Origin: a virus
Taxonomy: Duplodnaviria > Caudoviricetes
IMG/VR virus record: IMGVR_UViG_3300024232_000045
Span: 1 to 35,017 of that record
DNA length: 35,017 bases
Strand: one strand, 5' to 3'
The notes below the pieces were generated by a model. That model was not told where the DNA came from. It made no database searches and worked only from the letters and a program-made list of their open reading frames with translations. The position numbers were made by a program, and so were the translations under genes. This document shows positions 1 through 8,040 of the stretch, piece by piece (within the stretch, counting starts at the first letter, position 1; every line of letters begins with the position of its first letter).

Positions 1-2
1 CC

Positions 3-536
3 GAACAAAATACGTTACTCAATACAGCAAAGGGCCGTATCTCGGGTTACCTTAATGGATTACGGCCGGCAACCAACACCACCAAGCTTGCATTCGATGC
101 TAAACCGCCCGATGCCGATAAGCATCGTACTTACAATAAAGCGATTGATATCGCCGTGAACCCGCTCAAGATTCTGGATAAGGTCAATAAAGGAAACTTA
201 ACCCCAGAGGATATGAAACACTTTGTTGGGATGTATCCCGAAGTGCATAGCATGCTCTCGCAAAAAATGACGGAGCGTATTTTAAAAGCGCAACTTAGTG
301 GTGAGAAACCAAGTTACGCAAAACGACAGGCGATGAGTTTGTTTTTGGGGGCACCACTAGATTCGACGCTTACACCAGTAGCCATTCAAACCGCGCAGAG
401 TGTGTTCGCACAGAAAGCGGCGGCCCAACAAATGGCGCCTACTCCAAAGAAAAAGGGAACTAGCGAGCTTGGGAAATCTTCGGCGAGTTATCAGACTGCG
501 GATCAATCGCGGTCTGCACGCCAACAGAAGGTTTAA
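3..536 (+). CDS. C-terminal part of a 5'-truncated protein, probably an internal virion/ejection protein
   Basis: Frame is open from position 3 to the stop at 534-536, so the GTG at 156 is probably internal. Function inferred only from position: the window end enters the block that usually follows the nozzle and GNAT genes. Confidence 0.55.
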   Translation, partial: EQNTLLNTAKGRISGYLNGLRPATNTTKLAFDAKPPDADKHRTYNKAIDIAVNPLKILDKVNKGNLTPEDMKHFVGMYPEVHSMLSQKMTERILKAQLSGEKPSYAKRQAMSLFLGAPLDSTLTPVAIQTAQSVFAQKAAAQQMAPTPKKKGTSELGKSSASYQTADQSRSARQQKV

Positions 537-819
537 TAGAGCCACGAATAATGCTCTTTACCGCCCACAAGGTGAGCAGCCACCCACCAAGCGTAGTCGG
601 GGCCGTAAGAGACATAGGTTGTGTAAACAACCAGTAAACTAACTTCCAACCACCAAAAAGCAACAATCCCGAAAAGGCGAGCGTCACAACAACCATAAGC
701 GCCCACCAATTTTGTTCGACCTGCTCCTTAGGTAAGGCTTTATGTGCCACAACAAAGCGCCAACCACAGAAACCAAAGAAGACCGCCGCCAAAACAAAGA
801 CCCGAGTTAGCTCGCTCAT
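460..819 (-). CDS. Small membrane protein with about 3 TM segments, moron-like
   Basis: ATG at 819 (MSELTRVFVL) is preceded by a GGAGGG RBS and a sigma70-like promoter. Three hydrophobic stretches. Antisense to flanking structural genes. Confidence 0.7.
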   Translation of the reverse strand: MSELTRVFVLAAVFFGFCGWRFVVAHKALPKEQVEQNWWALMVVVTLAFSGLLLFGGWKLVYWLFTQPMSLTAPTTLGGWLLTLWAVKSIIRGSIKPSVGVQTAIDPQSDNSPKISQAR

Positions 820-837
820 AAACCCTCCCACACCCTT

Positions 838-866
838 AATATAACACACTGCATTAAGAATATCAA
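838..866 (-). promoter_or_regulatory. Sigma70-type promoter TTGATA-N17-TATATT with extended -10 (TG)
   Basis: Minus strand reads TTGATA (866-861), 17-nt spacer, TATATT (843-838), upstream of the ATG at 819. Confidence 0.7.
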
Positions 867-882
867 TCCGCCATTCTTGACC
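865..882 (+). promoter_or_regulatory. Conserved motif copy 1 (AATCCGCCATTCTTGACC), candidate late promoter or activator site
   Basis: 18-bp identity with 27709-27726 and near identity with 21000-21015. Lies just upstream of the tail gene block. Confidence 0.6.
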
Positions 883-922
883 TAAGTAAGCGGCCAGACC
901 GGCCAATTACCAGGGAGACCCC

Positions 923-1318
923 TTGAGCTACCGGCCTCAGAATTCCCCCTACCCCGTCATTCTAAACGGCGATATGTCCCAAGCGACGCTGACTAGCGAT
1001 GTTACGATTATCCAAAAAGTATCCATGATGTCTTATGGTTACTCTTGGGCTGGGAGTACTCCAGTCGGCACTATTTCGGTGGAAGTGTCTAACGACTATG
1101 CACTTAACGCAGACGGCACGGTTAAGAACGCCGGTACGTGGAACGTGTTGGTTCTCAACGTGGGCGGTTCCCCTGTTACCTCTGTGTCAGTCTCTGGGAA
1201 CACCGGGAACGGGTTTATCGATATTGATCAACTAGGCGCCTACGCTATCCGAACCATTTACACCAAAGGTTCGGGGACCGGCACCTTACAAGCTATCTTC
1301 ACGGGTAAGGTAGCGTAA
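923..1318 (+). CDS. Putative tail-associated beta-sandwich protein (paralog of 2872..3264)
   Basis: TTG start with GGAG RBS. Pattern 'GSTPVGTISVEVSND...AIRTIYTKGSG' resembles 'TGTPTGTFNLEASSD...YVRVVYVDASG' in 2872..3264. Confidence 0.65.
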   Translation: MSYRPQNSPYPVILNGDMSQATLTSDVTIIQKVSMMSYGYSWAGSTPVGTISVEVSNDYALNADGTVKNAGTWNVLVLNVGGSPVTSVSVSGNTGNGFIDIDQLGAYAIRTIYTKGSGTGTLQAIFTGKVA

Positions 1319-2868
1319 TGGCAGACTTCTATGCACAGTACCCCGTAGTTGGTACGGGTGGTGGGGGTGGTGGCGGTGGCACTGTCACTTCTGTCGCCCT
1401 GACCGCACCCGCTAGCATTCTTTCGGTCACCGGTTCTCCCGTTACTACCGCTGGAACGCTAGCCCTTTCTCTTACAACCCAAAGCGCAAACCTTGTGTGG
1501 GCGGGTCCCACTACCGGAAGCGCTGCTACTCCCACATTTCGTTCACTAGTCGCGGCTGATTTACCGCTCGCTTTTGGTAACCTAACCGATGCGGGAACCG
1601 ATGGGATTGTGGTCAACGGCGGAACCGGGGCCGTTATTGGTTCGGGAACTTCTCTTGCTCAGCATGTAGCCGACGCTACCCATAATGGTTATTTATCTTC
1701 TACTGATTGGTCTACCTTTAATGGGAAGCAAGCGAGCGGAAATTACATTACCGCTCTTACTGGAGATGGGACGGCCTCGGGTCCTGGTTCAGCGGCACTC
1801 ACGCTTGCGACCGTAAATTCTAACGTTGGATCATTCGGTGGCGCGACCGCTGTCGGTACCTTCACCGTAAATGGGAAAGGTTTAGTTACCGCTGCCGGAT
1901 CTACTTCAATTCAAATAGCGGAAAGCCAAGTAACAAACTTGGTGTCTGATTTAGCCGGCAAAGAACCCACTATTACCGTTTTAACGCCAGCCCACGGGGG
2001 AACGGGCGTTGCCAACAATAATTCCTCCACTCTTACGATTAGCGGAAGCTTTGGAACAACATTAACGATTACCGGAACGACTACCGCGACGCTGCAACAA
2101 ACGACTGGGGTTATTGTTGGGAGAACCACAACCGATACGCTCACTAATAAGACGCTCACTACCCCCATCGTAAATGGGTTGATTCTTGCCCAAACCGCCA
2201 AGACTTCAAATTATGCTCTTCTTACAACCGATTGGGGCGCTACTGGAGATTCTTCTGGTGGGTCATTTACATTTACGCTACCAGCCGCAACCGGGAACTC
2301 TGGCACCACGTATTCACTTAAGAAAGTGGATTCTAGTTTTAATGCGATTACTGTAACGGACGGTACTTTTTCCACAACGCTTAATTCTCTAGGTGAATCA
2401 CTCTTAGTGCAAAGCGATGGCGTGACTTACCAGATACTAAGTCGGTATATACCTTCCTTAGGTACATCGTATACGCCCACTGTTGTTGGGTTTGGAACTG
2501 TTAGTGGGGTCAGTGCATTTTACCAGCGCGTTGGCGGATCCATGAATGTGTGGGGATCTTTCGTGGTTGGTAGCTCTACCAGCGTTACGGCAACGATTAG
2601 CGTTCCCTCTGGCCTTACACTCGGCTCTTCTCTTGATAATGGCGCAACCATGTTAGGAAACGCCTCCGCCGTAACATCGTCTGGAACCCCACGTAACACA
2701 GACAATTATATAGTCTATCAAGACAGTGGCACTTCTACGTCAGCGGTTCTTATTGCAAGTACTACAGCCAGTAATAAGTTTGTAGCAAACCTAGGAAACT
2801 CTATCGCCTCTAGTGGGTGGAATTTTTCTTTTCAATTCACGGTGCCGATTTCTGGTTGGAATGGATAA
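1318..2868 (+). CDS. Tail fibre protein 1
   Basis: Gly/Thr/Ser-rich, with phage-fibre-like motifs GTVTSV, GYLSSTDW, 'LTNKTLTTP', 'GGSFTFTLPAA' and 'SYTPTVVG'. Confidence 0.8.
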   Translation: MADFYAQYPVVGTGGGGGGGGTVTSVALTAPASILSVTGSPVTTAGTLALSLTTQSANLVWAGPTTGSAATPTFRSLVAADLPLAFGNLTDAGTDGIVVNGGTGAVIGSGTSLAQHVADATHNGYLSSTDWSTFNGKQASGNYITALTGDGTASGPGSAALTLATVNSNVGSFGGATAVGTFTVNGKGLVTAAGSTSIQIAESQVTNLVSDLAGKEPTITVLTPAHGGTGVANNNSSTLTISGSFGTTLTITGTTTATLQQTTGVIVGRTTTDTLTNKTLTTPIVNGLILAQTAKTSNYALLTTDWGATGDSSGGSFTFTLPAATGNSGTTYSLKKVDSSFNAITVTDGTFSTTLNSLGESLLVQSDGVTYQILSRYIPSLGTSYTPTVVGFGTVSGVSAFYQRVGGSMNVWGSFVVGSSTSVTATISVPSGLTLGSSLDNGATMLGNASAVTSSGTPRNTDNYIVYQDSGTSTSAVLIASTTASNKFVANLGNSIASSGWNFSFQFTVPISGWNG

Positions 2869-2871
2869 AAT

Positions 2872-3264
2872 ATGAACTCTTATAATACACCGAATATCAT
2901 TCCCGCTAGCACCGTAATGGCTACGGATTTAACTAGCCTTGCGATGCAGCTAAATGACCTAGTTAATTTCTCCATTCAAATCGTTTTCACGGGAACGCCA
3001 ACCGGAACTTTTAATCTGGAGGCCTCGAGTGATCCGGTTCCTAAACAAAATATGGTGATAGGTGCCAATGGCGCCGTGGTTTATACCCCCATCAACTGGA
3101 CCACAGTCGCAAATAGCTCGTTTACCGTTACGACAGCGGGCGATGTGATGTGGGACTACGCAAATCGCGGGTTTACTTATGTGCGGGTGGTCTATGTGGA
3201 TGCTTCGGGCGGAACGAGTACCGCAATTATCACATCCGCTACGTTTAACGGGGTAGGTCCATGA
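2872..3264 (+). CDS. Putative tail-associated beta-sandwich protein (paralog of 923..1318)
   Basis: Same size and motif spacing as 923..1318, and again directly precedes a fibre gene. Confidence 0.65.
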   Translation: MNSYNTPNIIPASTVMATDLTSLAMQLNDLVNFSIQIVFTGTPTGTFNLEASSDPVPKQNMVIGANGAVVYTPINWTTVANSSFTVTTAGDVMWDYANRGFTYVRVVYVDASGGTSTAIITSATFNGVGP

Positions 3265-4028
3265 GTTCCCAATTTGTTCAATTACCATTAGAGGGAGGCG
3301 GTGGCGGGGGGAGTGGCACCGTTACGAGTGTCGGATTATTACTGCCCGCTAGCGTCTTTAATGTCTCGGGCTCTCCCGTAACCACGTCTGGCACCCTGAC
3401 AGGTTCCTTTAAGAATCAAACCGCAAATACCGTTCTCTGTGGTCCCACAAGCGGAGGCGCTGCGGCCCCTGCATTCCGCGCGTTAGTCGCGGCGGACTTG
3501 CCTTTAGCCTTCGGGAACCTAACGGACGCTGGAACCGATGGGATTACCGTTACCGGTGGTACGGGTGCGGTGATTGGCTCTGGTACTTCGCTATCTCAGC
3601 ATGTGGCCGACGCTAGCCATAATGGGTATTTATCTTCTACCGATTGGAATACGTTTAACGGTAAAGCTCCCACAGCAAGCCCTGCATTCACAACCCAAGT
3701 CACTTTTGGCAATTATCATATGGAACCTGGCGAAAATAACGCTGGGAATTCCTCGACTGCCCAAACTATTGATTGGTCCATCAAATCATCCCAACTCTCC
3801 ACCCTCACCGGGAACGTAGTTTATACATTTACGAATCCGCAAGCAGGCGGTGCTTACGTATTGCGAATTGCAACAGGCGCCGGCTCTTTTACGGTTACGT
3901 GGCCAGGTTCCGTTTTGTGGGCGGGTGGGACTGCCCCCACCATTACCGCGACGGCGTCTAAAGTAGATTTGATCAATTTCTATTACGACGGAACGAACTA
4001 TTACGGTTCATTCACGCAGAACTATTAA
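3261..4028 (+). CDS. Tail fibre protein 2
   Basis: N-terminal ~135 aa closely parallel fibre 1. C-terminal 'VTWPGSVLWAGGTAPTIT...VDLINFYYDGTNYYG' is a common phage fibre C-terminal module. Confidence 0.8.
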   Translation: MSSQFVQLPLEGGGGGGSGTVTSVGLLLPASVFNVSGSPVTTSGTLTGSFKNQTANTVLCGPTSGGAAAPAFRALVAADLPLAFGNLTDAGTDGITVTGGTGAVIGSGTSLSQHVADASHNGYLSSTDWNTFNGKAPTASPAFTTQVTFGNYHMEPGENNAGNSSTAQTIDWSIKSSQLSTLTGNVVYTFTNPQAGGAYVLRIATGAGSFTVTWPGSVLWAGGTAPTITATASKVDLINFYYDGTNYYGSFTQNY

Positions 4029-4030
4029 TT

Positions 4031-4840
4031 ATGGGACTTTTAATCTTAACGCCACTGAAAGGAGTAAGCGCGCCCTCGTTTTCGCCGTTGGATTTAAGCC
4101 CAAGCCTTTGGCTAGATGCAACTGATTCAACTACGATCAACTCGGGCAGCCCGACTAGCGGCGTAAGCGTAACGTCCATACTAGACAAATCAGGCGGATC
4201 ACACACATTCACAAACACCACTGGCGGCAATAGACCCACTTGGGTCACTGGGCAACTAAACGGGAAACCCTCCCTAAATTTCGCATCCAATACAGGCACC
4301 AATGACAGCCAAGGCCTATTTAATACCGACACACTAATTAGTGGCGGCGCCGCTGCCCAATCGCTTGCGGTTGTTTATACGTTTAGCGGATTTCCCTCGC
4401 CTAGTGACCTGAGCGGTCAGAACCAAATGATTTTTAATATCAACGGCACGGGCACTAGACCAAGCCTCACCCTCAATCAGACCCAACCCGTTGCGTGGGG
4501 AAACTTTGGATTTGGTAACGGCATTAGCGGATTTCCATATAGAATGAACAATACCTCAACGTTTATTGCAACGGGCGGGGTTGGCATCGCCGCTATCGTT
4601 ACTTTCGACGGCGTCTCAACGATGACGTTTAATAATGGAAGCACTTCACAGACGGTAACCAGTGCTAGCGGAACCCAGTTTGGTAATAATGGGATGAATG
4701 TTTTAGGCTGCTGGGAAAATAATTTTGATTATGGGTTTAACGGAAACATATCTGAGCTTGTTTTTGGTCCGGGTGTTTGGACCCCTACTCAGATAGGTCA
4801 GTTAGCTACTTACTTCACCAATAAATACGGGACACCATAA
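4031..4840 (+). CDS. Putative receptor-binding protein, LamG/ConA-like lectin fold
   Basis: 'PSLWLDATD...DKSG...RPT...LNGKPSLNF...FNGNISEL...YFTNKYG' pattern is typical of phage LamG-like tail proteins. Confidence 0.65.
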   Translation: MGLLILTPLKGVSAPSFSPLDLSPSLWLDATDSTTINSGSPTSGVSVTSILDKSGGSHTFTNTTGGNRPTWVTGQLNGKPSLNFASNTGTNDSQGLFNTDTLISGGAAAQSLAVVYTFSGFPSPSDLSGQNQMIFNINGTGTRPSLTLNQTQPVAWGNFGFGNGISGFPYRMNNTSTFIATGGVGIAAIVTFDGVSTMTFNNGSTSQTVTSASGTQFGNNGMNVLGCWENNFDYGFNGNISELVFGPGVWTPTQIGQLATYFTNKYGTP

Positions 4841-4843
4841 GAT

Positions 4844-5071
4844 ATGATCTCGTTTGAGAAATTCGTGGAGTTTGCGTTTCTTGGGCTATTAAGCGGCCTA
4901 TCGGCGTTTGCCGTTCGTTTCTTAAGTAGCATCGCAAAAACAAATTCTGATTTAAGCGCTCAGATAAAAGTATTGCGGGTGGATTTTGGGTGGCACCATG
5001 ACGCGTTGAAAGATCATGGTGTCCGTATTGCAAAATTAGAGACGGATAGAATCACAAAGAGGTCCCATTGA
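4844..5071 (+). CDS. Putative holin-like single-TM protein
   Basis: N-terminal hydrophobic helix plus coiled coil ending 'HGVRIAKLE'. Immediately upstream of the endolysin. Confidence 0.45.
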   Translation: MISFEKFVEFAFLGLLSGLSAFAVRFLSSIAKTNSDLSAQIKVLRVDFGWHHDALKDHGVRIAKLETDRITKRSH

Positions 5072-5445
5072 TTACATGGGCGGAAATCGTCCCTTATGGA
5101 GAAGTATTAACGGAAACCGAAAAGAATAATATCGGACTACTTTTAACAAAGATGAATTGCATTCGGGCAGAGTATGGATTGCCGATGCGTATCTCGAGTG
5201 GATTTAGGTCGGCTAGTGATGAAAAGCGGATTGACCCGATGCACCCAAATTCGATGCACACTAGAGGACTTGCTTGTGATGTGTTAGACCCGCAGCCCGA
5301 AAGCCGACTTTGGAAGTGGTGCATTGCACATTTAAATTTTCTGGTAGAATTAGGCGTCTATTTAGAAGATCGAGACTACACACCTAACCACGTACACTTT
5401 CAAGTTTGGCCTCCCTATAGTGGGAGCAGAATCTTTAAACCATAA
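5068..5445 (+). CDS. Endolysin, peptidase M15A-like Zn peptidase
   Basis: Motifs ISSGFRS, SMHTRGLACD (SxHxxGxAxD) and HVHFQ. Confidence 0.85.
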   Translation: MITWAEIVPYGEVLTETEKNNIGLLLTKMNCIRAEYGLPMRISSGFRSASDEKRIDPMHPNSMHTRGLACDVLDPQPESRLWKWCIAHLNFLVELGVYLEDRDYTPNHVHFQVWPPYSGSRIFKP

Positions 5446-5456
5446 AGGAGATCCTA

Positions 5457-5822
5457 ATGGCTGGTGTTTACGGTACTGCCGAGCTTCAAAAAATCGCGGT
5501 AGATTTAGCGGCCCTTGTTAATAGCGCATTTAAGGGAGGCCTATTGGGCGGGCTCGGTATTTTATCCTCACTCTCTAAACTGCAAGATGTAAATTTCCCC
5601 GAAGCACTTAGCGAGCTAAAAGAACTAGACGCGGATGACCGGGAGGCGGTGGAGGCGGCCTTTGATGGCGCGCTTAATCTTTCTAATCCCGCCATGCAGA
5701 TAAGAATTCTTGCGGCCTTTAGTTCGCTAGATGATGCGGTTGGCTTGGTTCAGGAAGGCATTTCGTTATTCCAGGGCGCGGTAGCTCTTGAACAAAAAGT
5801 TAAATCCATTTTGGGGTTATAA
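5457..5822 (+). CDS. Hypothetical helical protein in the lysis region
   Basis: Strong RBS (AAGGAG) and tight packing; no recognised family. Confidence 0.6.
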   Translation: MAGVYGTAELQKIAVDLAALVNSAFKGGLLGGLGILSSLSKLQDVNFPEALSELKELDADDREAVEAAFDGALNLSNPAMQIRILAAFSSLDDAVGLVQEGISLFQGAVALEQKVKSILGL

Positions 5823-5824
5823 CC

Positions 5825-6049
5825 ATGTGGCTAACTATTCTAACCACTCTTCTCCCGATGGTAATTAAAATCGGAGCGGAAGAGGTATTGGCGTTGTTCC
5901 CCAATCTTCCCCAATGGGTGAAAGTGATTTTGCAGGACCTGGAGGGAGCTAAGGCGCTCGCTTCCCAGATCGAATCACTCCCGATGCGAGAGGCCGCGAT
6001 TTACGCAGCCCGCGCCAAGGCCGCCCAAGCCATTAAAGACGGACGGTAA
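5825..6049 (+). CDS. Small hypothetical protein with amphipathic N-terminus
   Basis: Fills the operon gap with 1-2 nt spacing to both neighbours. Confidence 0.6.
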   Translation: MWLTILTTLLPMVIKIGAEEVLALFPNLPQWVKVILQDLEGAKALASQIESLPMREAAIYAARAKAAQAIKDGR

Positions 6050-6050
6050 T

Positions 6051-7076
6051 ATGACAAATATCATTCTTCTAGTTTCTCTCTTTCTCTTTTTAGGGTGTGA
6101 TTCGGCGGCACCAGTAAAAGATGCGCCACACACCTATACGACAGGGCTCGTTAAGCCAGAGCATCGGCATGACGGAGTTTTCCATTTCAATCCTAGGGCA
6201 CGCGCGCCAATTTCAGACAATTTCGATTGGGTAGCGCAAGGCTTTGAGACCCCAGTAAGAAACCAAGGCGGTTGCGGGTCTTGTTGGGCGTTCGCTGGAA
6301 CCCAAACTATCGAGATGGGTTATAAAATCTTTGCCCACAAGGATATCGATTTTTCCGAGCAACAATTAGTGGGTGCTTTATATGACGGGTGTGGTGGCGG
6401 ATACACAACCTATGATTACCAAGTAAAGAATGGGCAGACAGACGAGAAATCCTGCCCCTATACCCAATCTAACCATCGTTGTTCCCAAAGCTCCCCGGTT
6501 GCGGGTAAGGGCGTAACCGGCGGCATGGTGGGACACACTGACCAAAGCCCGTCTGTTGCGGAAGTCCAGACCGCTATCATGACCTATGGTGCTCTGTCCG
6601 TAACCGTGGGTGCTAACGGTTCGTTCATGAATATCGATTCAGACGATGCAGGTTGCGGTGGCACTATCGGAACCAATCACATGGTGGCGTTAGTAGGTTG
6701 GAAGACCGTGAACGGCAAAGTTCTCTTCCACGTTAAAAACTCTTGGGGAACCCATTGGGGAAACCAGGGTTACAGCTATATCGGGCTTGGATGCTGGAAC
6801 CTCGGGGAAGACGTTTCTTACCTAGCCGTTAACGCCGTACCTTGCCAGCCGCCTAAGGTGAAACTCCCCGCCGAATACACGGTCGCAGTGGGTGACACGG
6901 TAATGCTCGCCGTTAAAGATATCCCTAGTGTCACCTACGAATGGAGCGAGAATGGTAAGGTACTGGGCACTAGCGCACAGCTTGAGTACATGGCTACAGC
7001 CAGTGCGGTCATTATGCTTAAGGTTCATAACGAGTGTGGCGACGGTGAGATTAAGACGCAAATCTTGGTGAAGTGA
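6051..7076 (+). CDS. Papain-like (C1A) cysteine protease, predicted lipoprotein, with C-terminal Ig/PKD-like domain
   Basis: Signal peptide with lipobox-like LFLGC. Catalytic motifs QGGCGSCWAF, NHMV and KNSWG..WG..GY. Beta-rich C-terminal ~75 aa. Confidence 0.9.
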   Translation: MTNIILLVSLFLFLGCDSAAPVKDAPHTYTTGLVKPEHRHDGVFHFNPRARAPISDNFDWVAQGFETPVRNQGGCGSCWAFAGTQTIEMGYKIFAHKDIDFSEQQLVGALYDGCGGGYTTYDYQVKNGQTDEKSCPYTQSNHRCSQSSPVAGKGVTGGMVGHTDQSPSVAEVQTAIMTYGALSVTVGANGSFMNIDSDDAGCGGTIGTNHMVALVGWKTVNGKVLFHVKNSWGTHWGNQGYSYIGLGCWNLGEDVSYLAVNAVPCQPPKVKLPAEYTVAVGDTVMLAVKDIPSVTYEWSENGKVLGTSAQLEYMATASAVIMLKVHNECGDGEIKTQILVK

Positions 7077-7255
7077 AATACCACTGGAACTACTGCGTAA
7101 ACGGTCACGAACGCACGCGTAAGAATTTCATTAGGTTCCCCAATGGAACAAGCTTGTGTCGTCTCTGCCAAAAGAAGTTCAGAGAAGAATTCAAAAGCGC
7201 AGTGAAAGGGTCATTCCCCTACTTTATGCTAGGGGATGGCCCTAAGCCGGTTTAG
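7073..7255 (+). CDS. Small Zn-binding protein (CxxGH...CxxC)
   Basis: 'YCVNGHERTRKN...CRLC' resembles the module often appended to phage HNH proteins; no HNH domain here. Confidence 0.55.
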   Translation: MKYHWNYCVNGHERTRKNFIRFPNGTSLCRLCQKKFREEFKSAVKGSFPYFMLGDGPKPV

Positions 7256-7262
7256 CTCAGTA

Positions 7263-7291
7263 TTGCTTAATGCAATGCAGCGTGTTATATT
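7263..7291 (+). promoter_or_regulatory. Sigma70-type promoter TTGCTT-N17-TATATT with extended -10
   Basis: TTGCTT 7263-7268, TG 7283-7284, TATATT 7286-7291. Shares 20/21 nt with the promoter at 835-855 (minus strand). Confidence 0.7.
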
Positions 7292-7297
7292 AAGTAG

Positions 7298-7408
7298 ATG
7301 AGTAAGAAGAATAAAAAATGGTCATTCCCGGTCGCCTATAAGCGCTGCCGTAAATGTGGAAAGTCGATCACAAAGCAAGAGACTGAAGGTAAGCATCTCT
7401 GCCGGTGA
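7298..7408 (+). CDS. 36-aa basic Zn-finger-like microprotein, probably leaderless (not in ORF track)
   Basis: Translates MSKKNKKWSFPVAYKRCRKCGKSITKQETEGKHLCR*. ATG begins 7 nt after the last base of the -10 box, with no SD. Stop abuts the stop of the convergent gene at 7409. Confidence 0.6.
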   Translation: MSKKNKKWSFPVAYKRCRKCGKSITKQETEGKHLCR

Positions 7409-7603
7409 TTATTCACCTTTCTTTAATTGTTCGGCTATTAAGATTGCCGCATCAATGTGCGCTTTTGTTTGATCTATTATCGCCGTCGCTTGCTCCAACG
7501 CCTTTTCAAGCCACAAATTCCGATCAACAACCTTAGCCAAATCAATCTCTAATTGACCGGCTTTACGCATCCAAAACTCAATCGACTGATTAGAAGAATC
7601 CAT
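7409..7603 (-). CDS. Hypothetical coiled-coil protein
   Basis: Last gene of the leftward operon; GGAGG RBS within the upstream gene end. Confidence 0.65.
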   Translation of the reverse strand: MDSSNQSIEFWMRKAGQLEIDLAKVVDRNLWLEKALEQATAIIDQTKAHIDAAILIAEQLKKGE

Positions 7604-7840
7604 TTATCCAACCTCCACAATGTATTTAGGTGGTGGCGGGATCGGTTTAATCCGAAACCAAACCGAACAATGTTCGCAACAATTCTCTATCTGAATTCCT
7701 TGCATCACATCTTCGGGCGCCCCCTCTAGAGTATAGCGTCCGAGTAAGCACGGCCCCGATTGGCTCTCTAATTCATTGAGTTGCAGACATTGCGGGCACT
7801 GAACATAAACCGAATCATGCATCGCCATGGCTAATCCCAA
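7604..7840 (-). CDS. Zn-ribbon protein (CPQC...C...CEHC)
   Basis: Two CxxC pairs and an 'ESQSGPCLL' motif. True start may be a few codons downstream. Confidence 0.65.
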   Translation of the reverse strand: MGLAMAMHDSVYVQCPQCLQLNELESQSGPCLLGRYTLEGAPEDVMQGIQIENCCEHCSVWFRIKPIPPPPKYIVEVG

Positions 7841-8040
7841 ATCGCTTTCTTTTTAAAATTAGGCCAGTGAAAGTCGCTTACTGGAATAAGCGTAGCGCTC
7901 TTCTTACAGCGCGGACACGGGCCAGCGGTCATGGTTACGGCCCACATAACCCCCACCCCACCTAATTGCTTCGCACAATTACCGCATAGAGCACCATAAG
8001 TAAGAGGGTCTTCTAGCTTAGGTTTTTTCTTAATCGCCAT
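7831..8040 (-). CDS. Small Zn-finger protein (CGNC...CPRC)
   Basis: Two CxxC pairs; overlaps both neighbours. Confidence 0.65.
   Translation of the reverse strand: MAIKKKPKLEDPLTYGALCGNCAKQLGGVGVMWAVTMTAGPCPRCKKSATLIPVSDFHWPNFKKKAIWD

Noticed and set aside
865-882. Sigma54 promoter on the minus strand of the conserved motif (TGGCGG)
   Set aside because: No TTGC -12 element at the required spacing in the copies checked.
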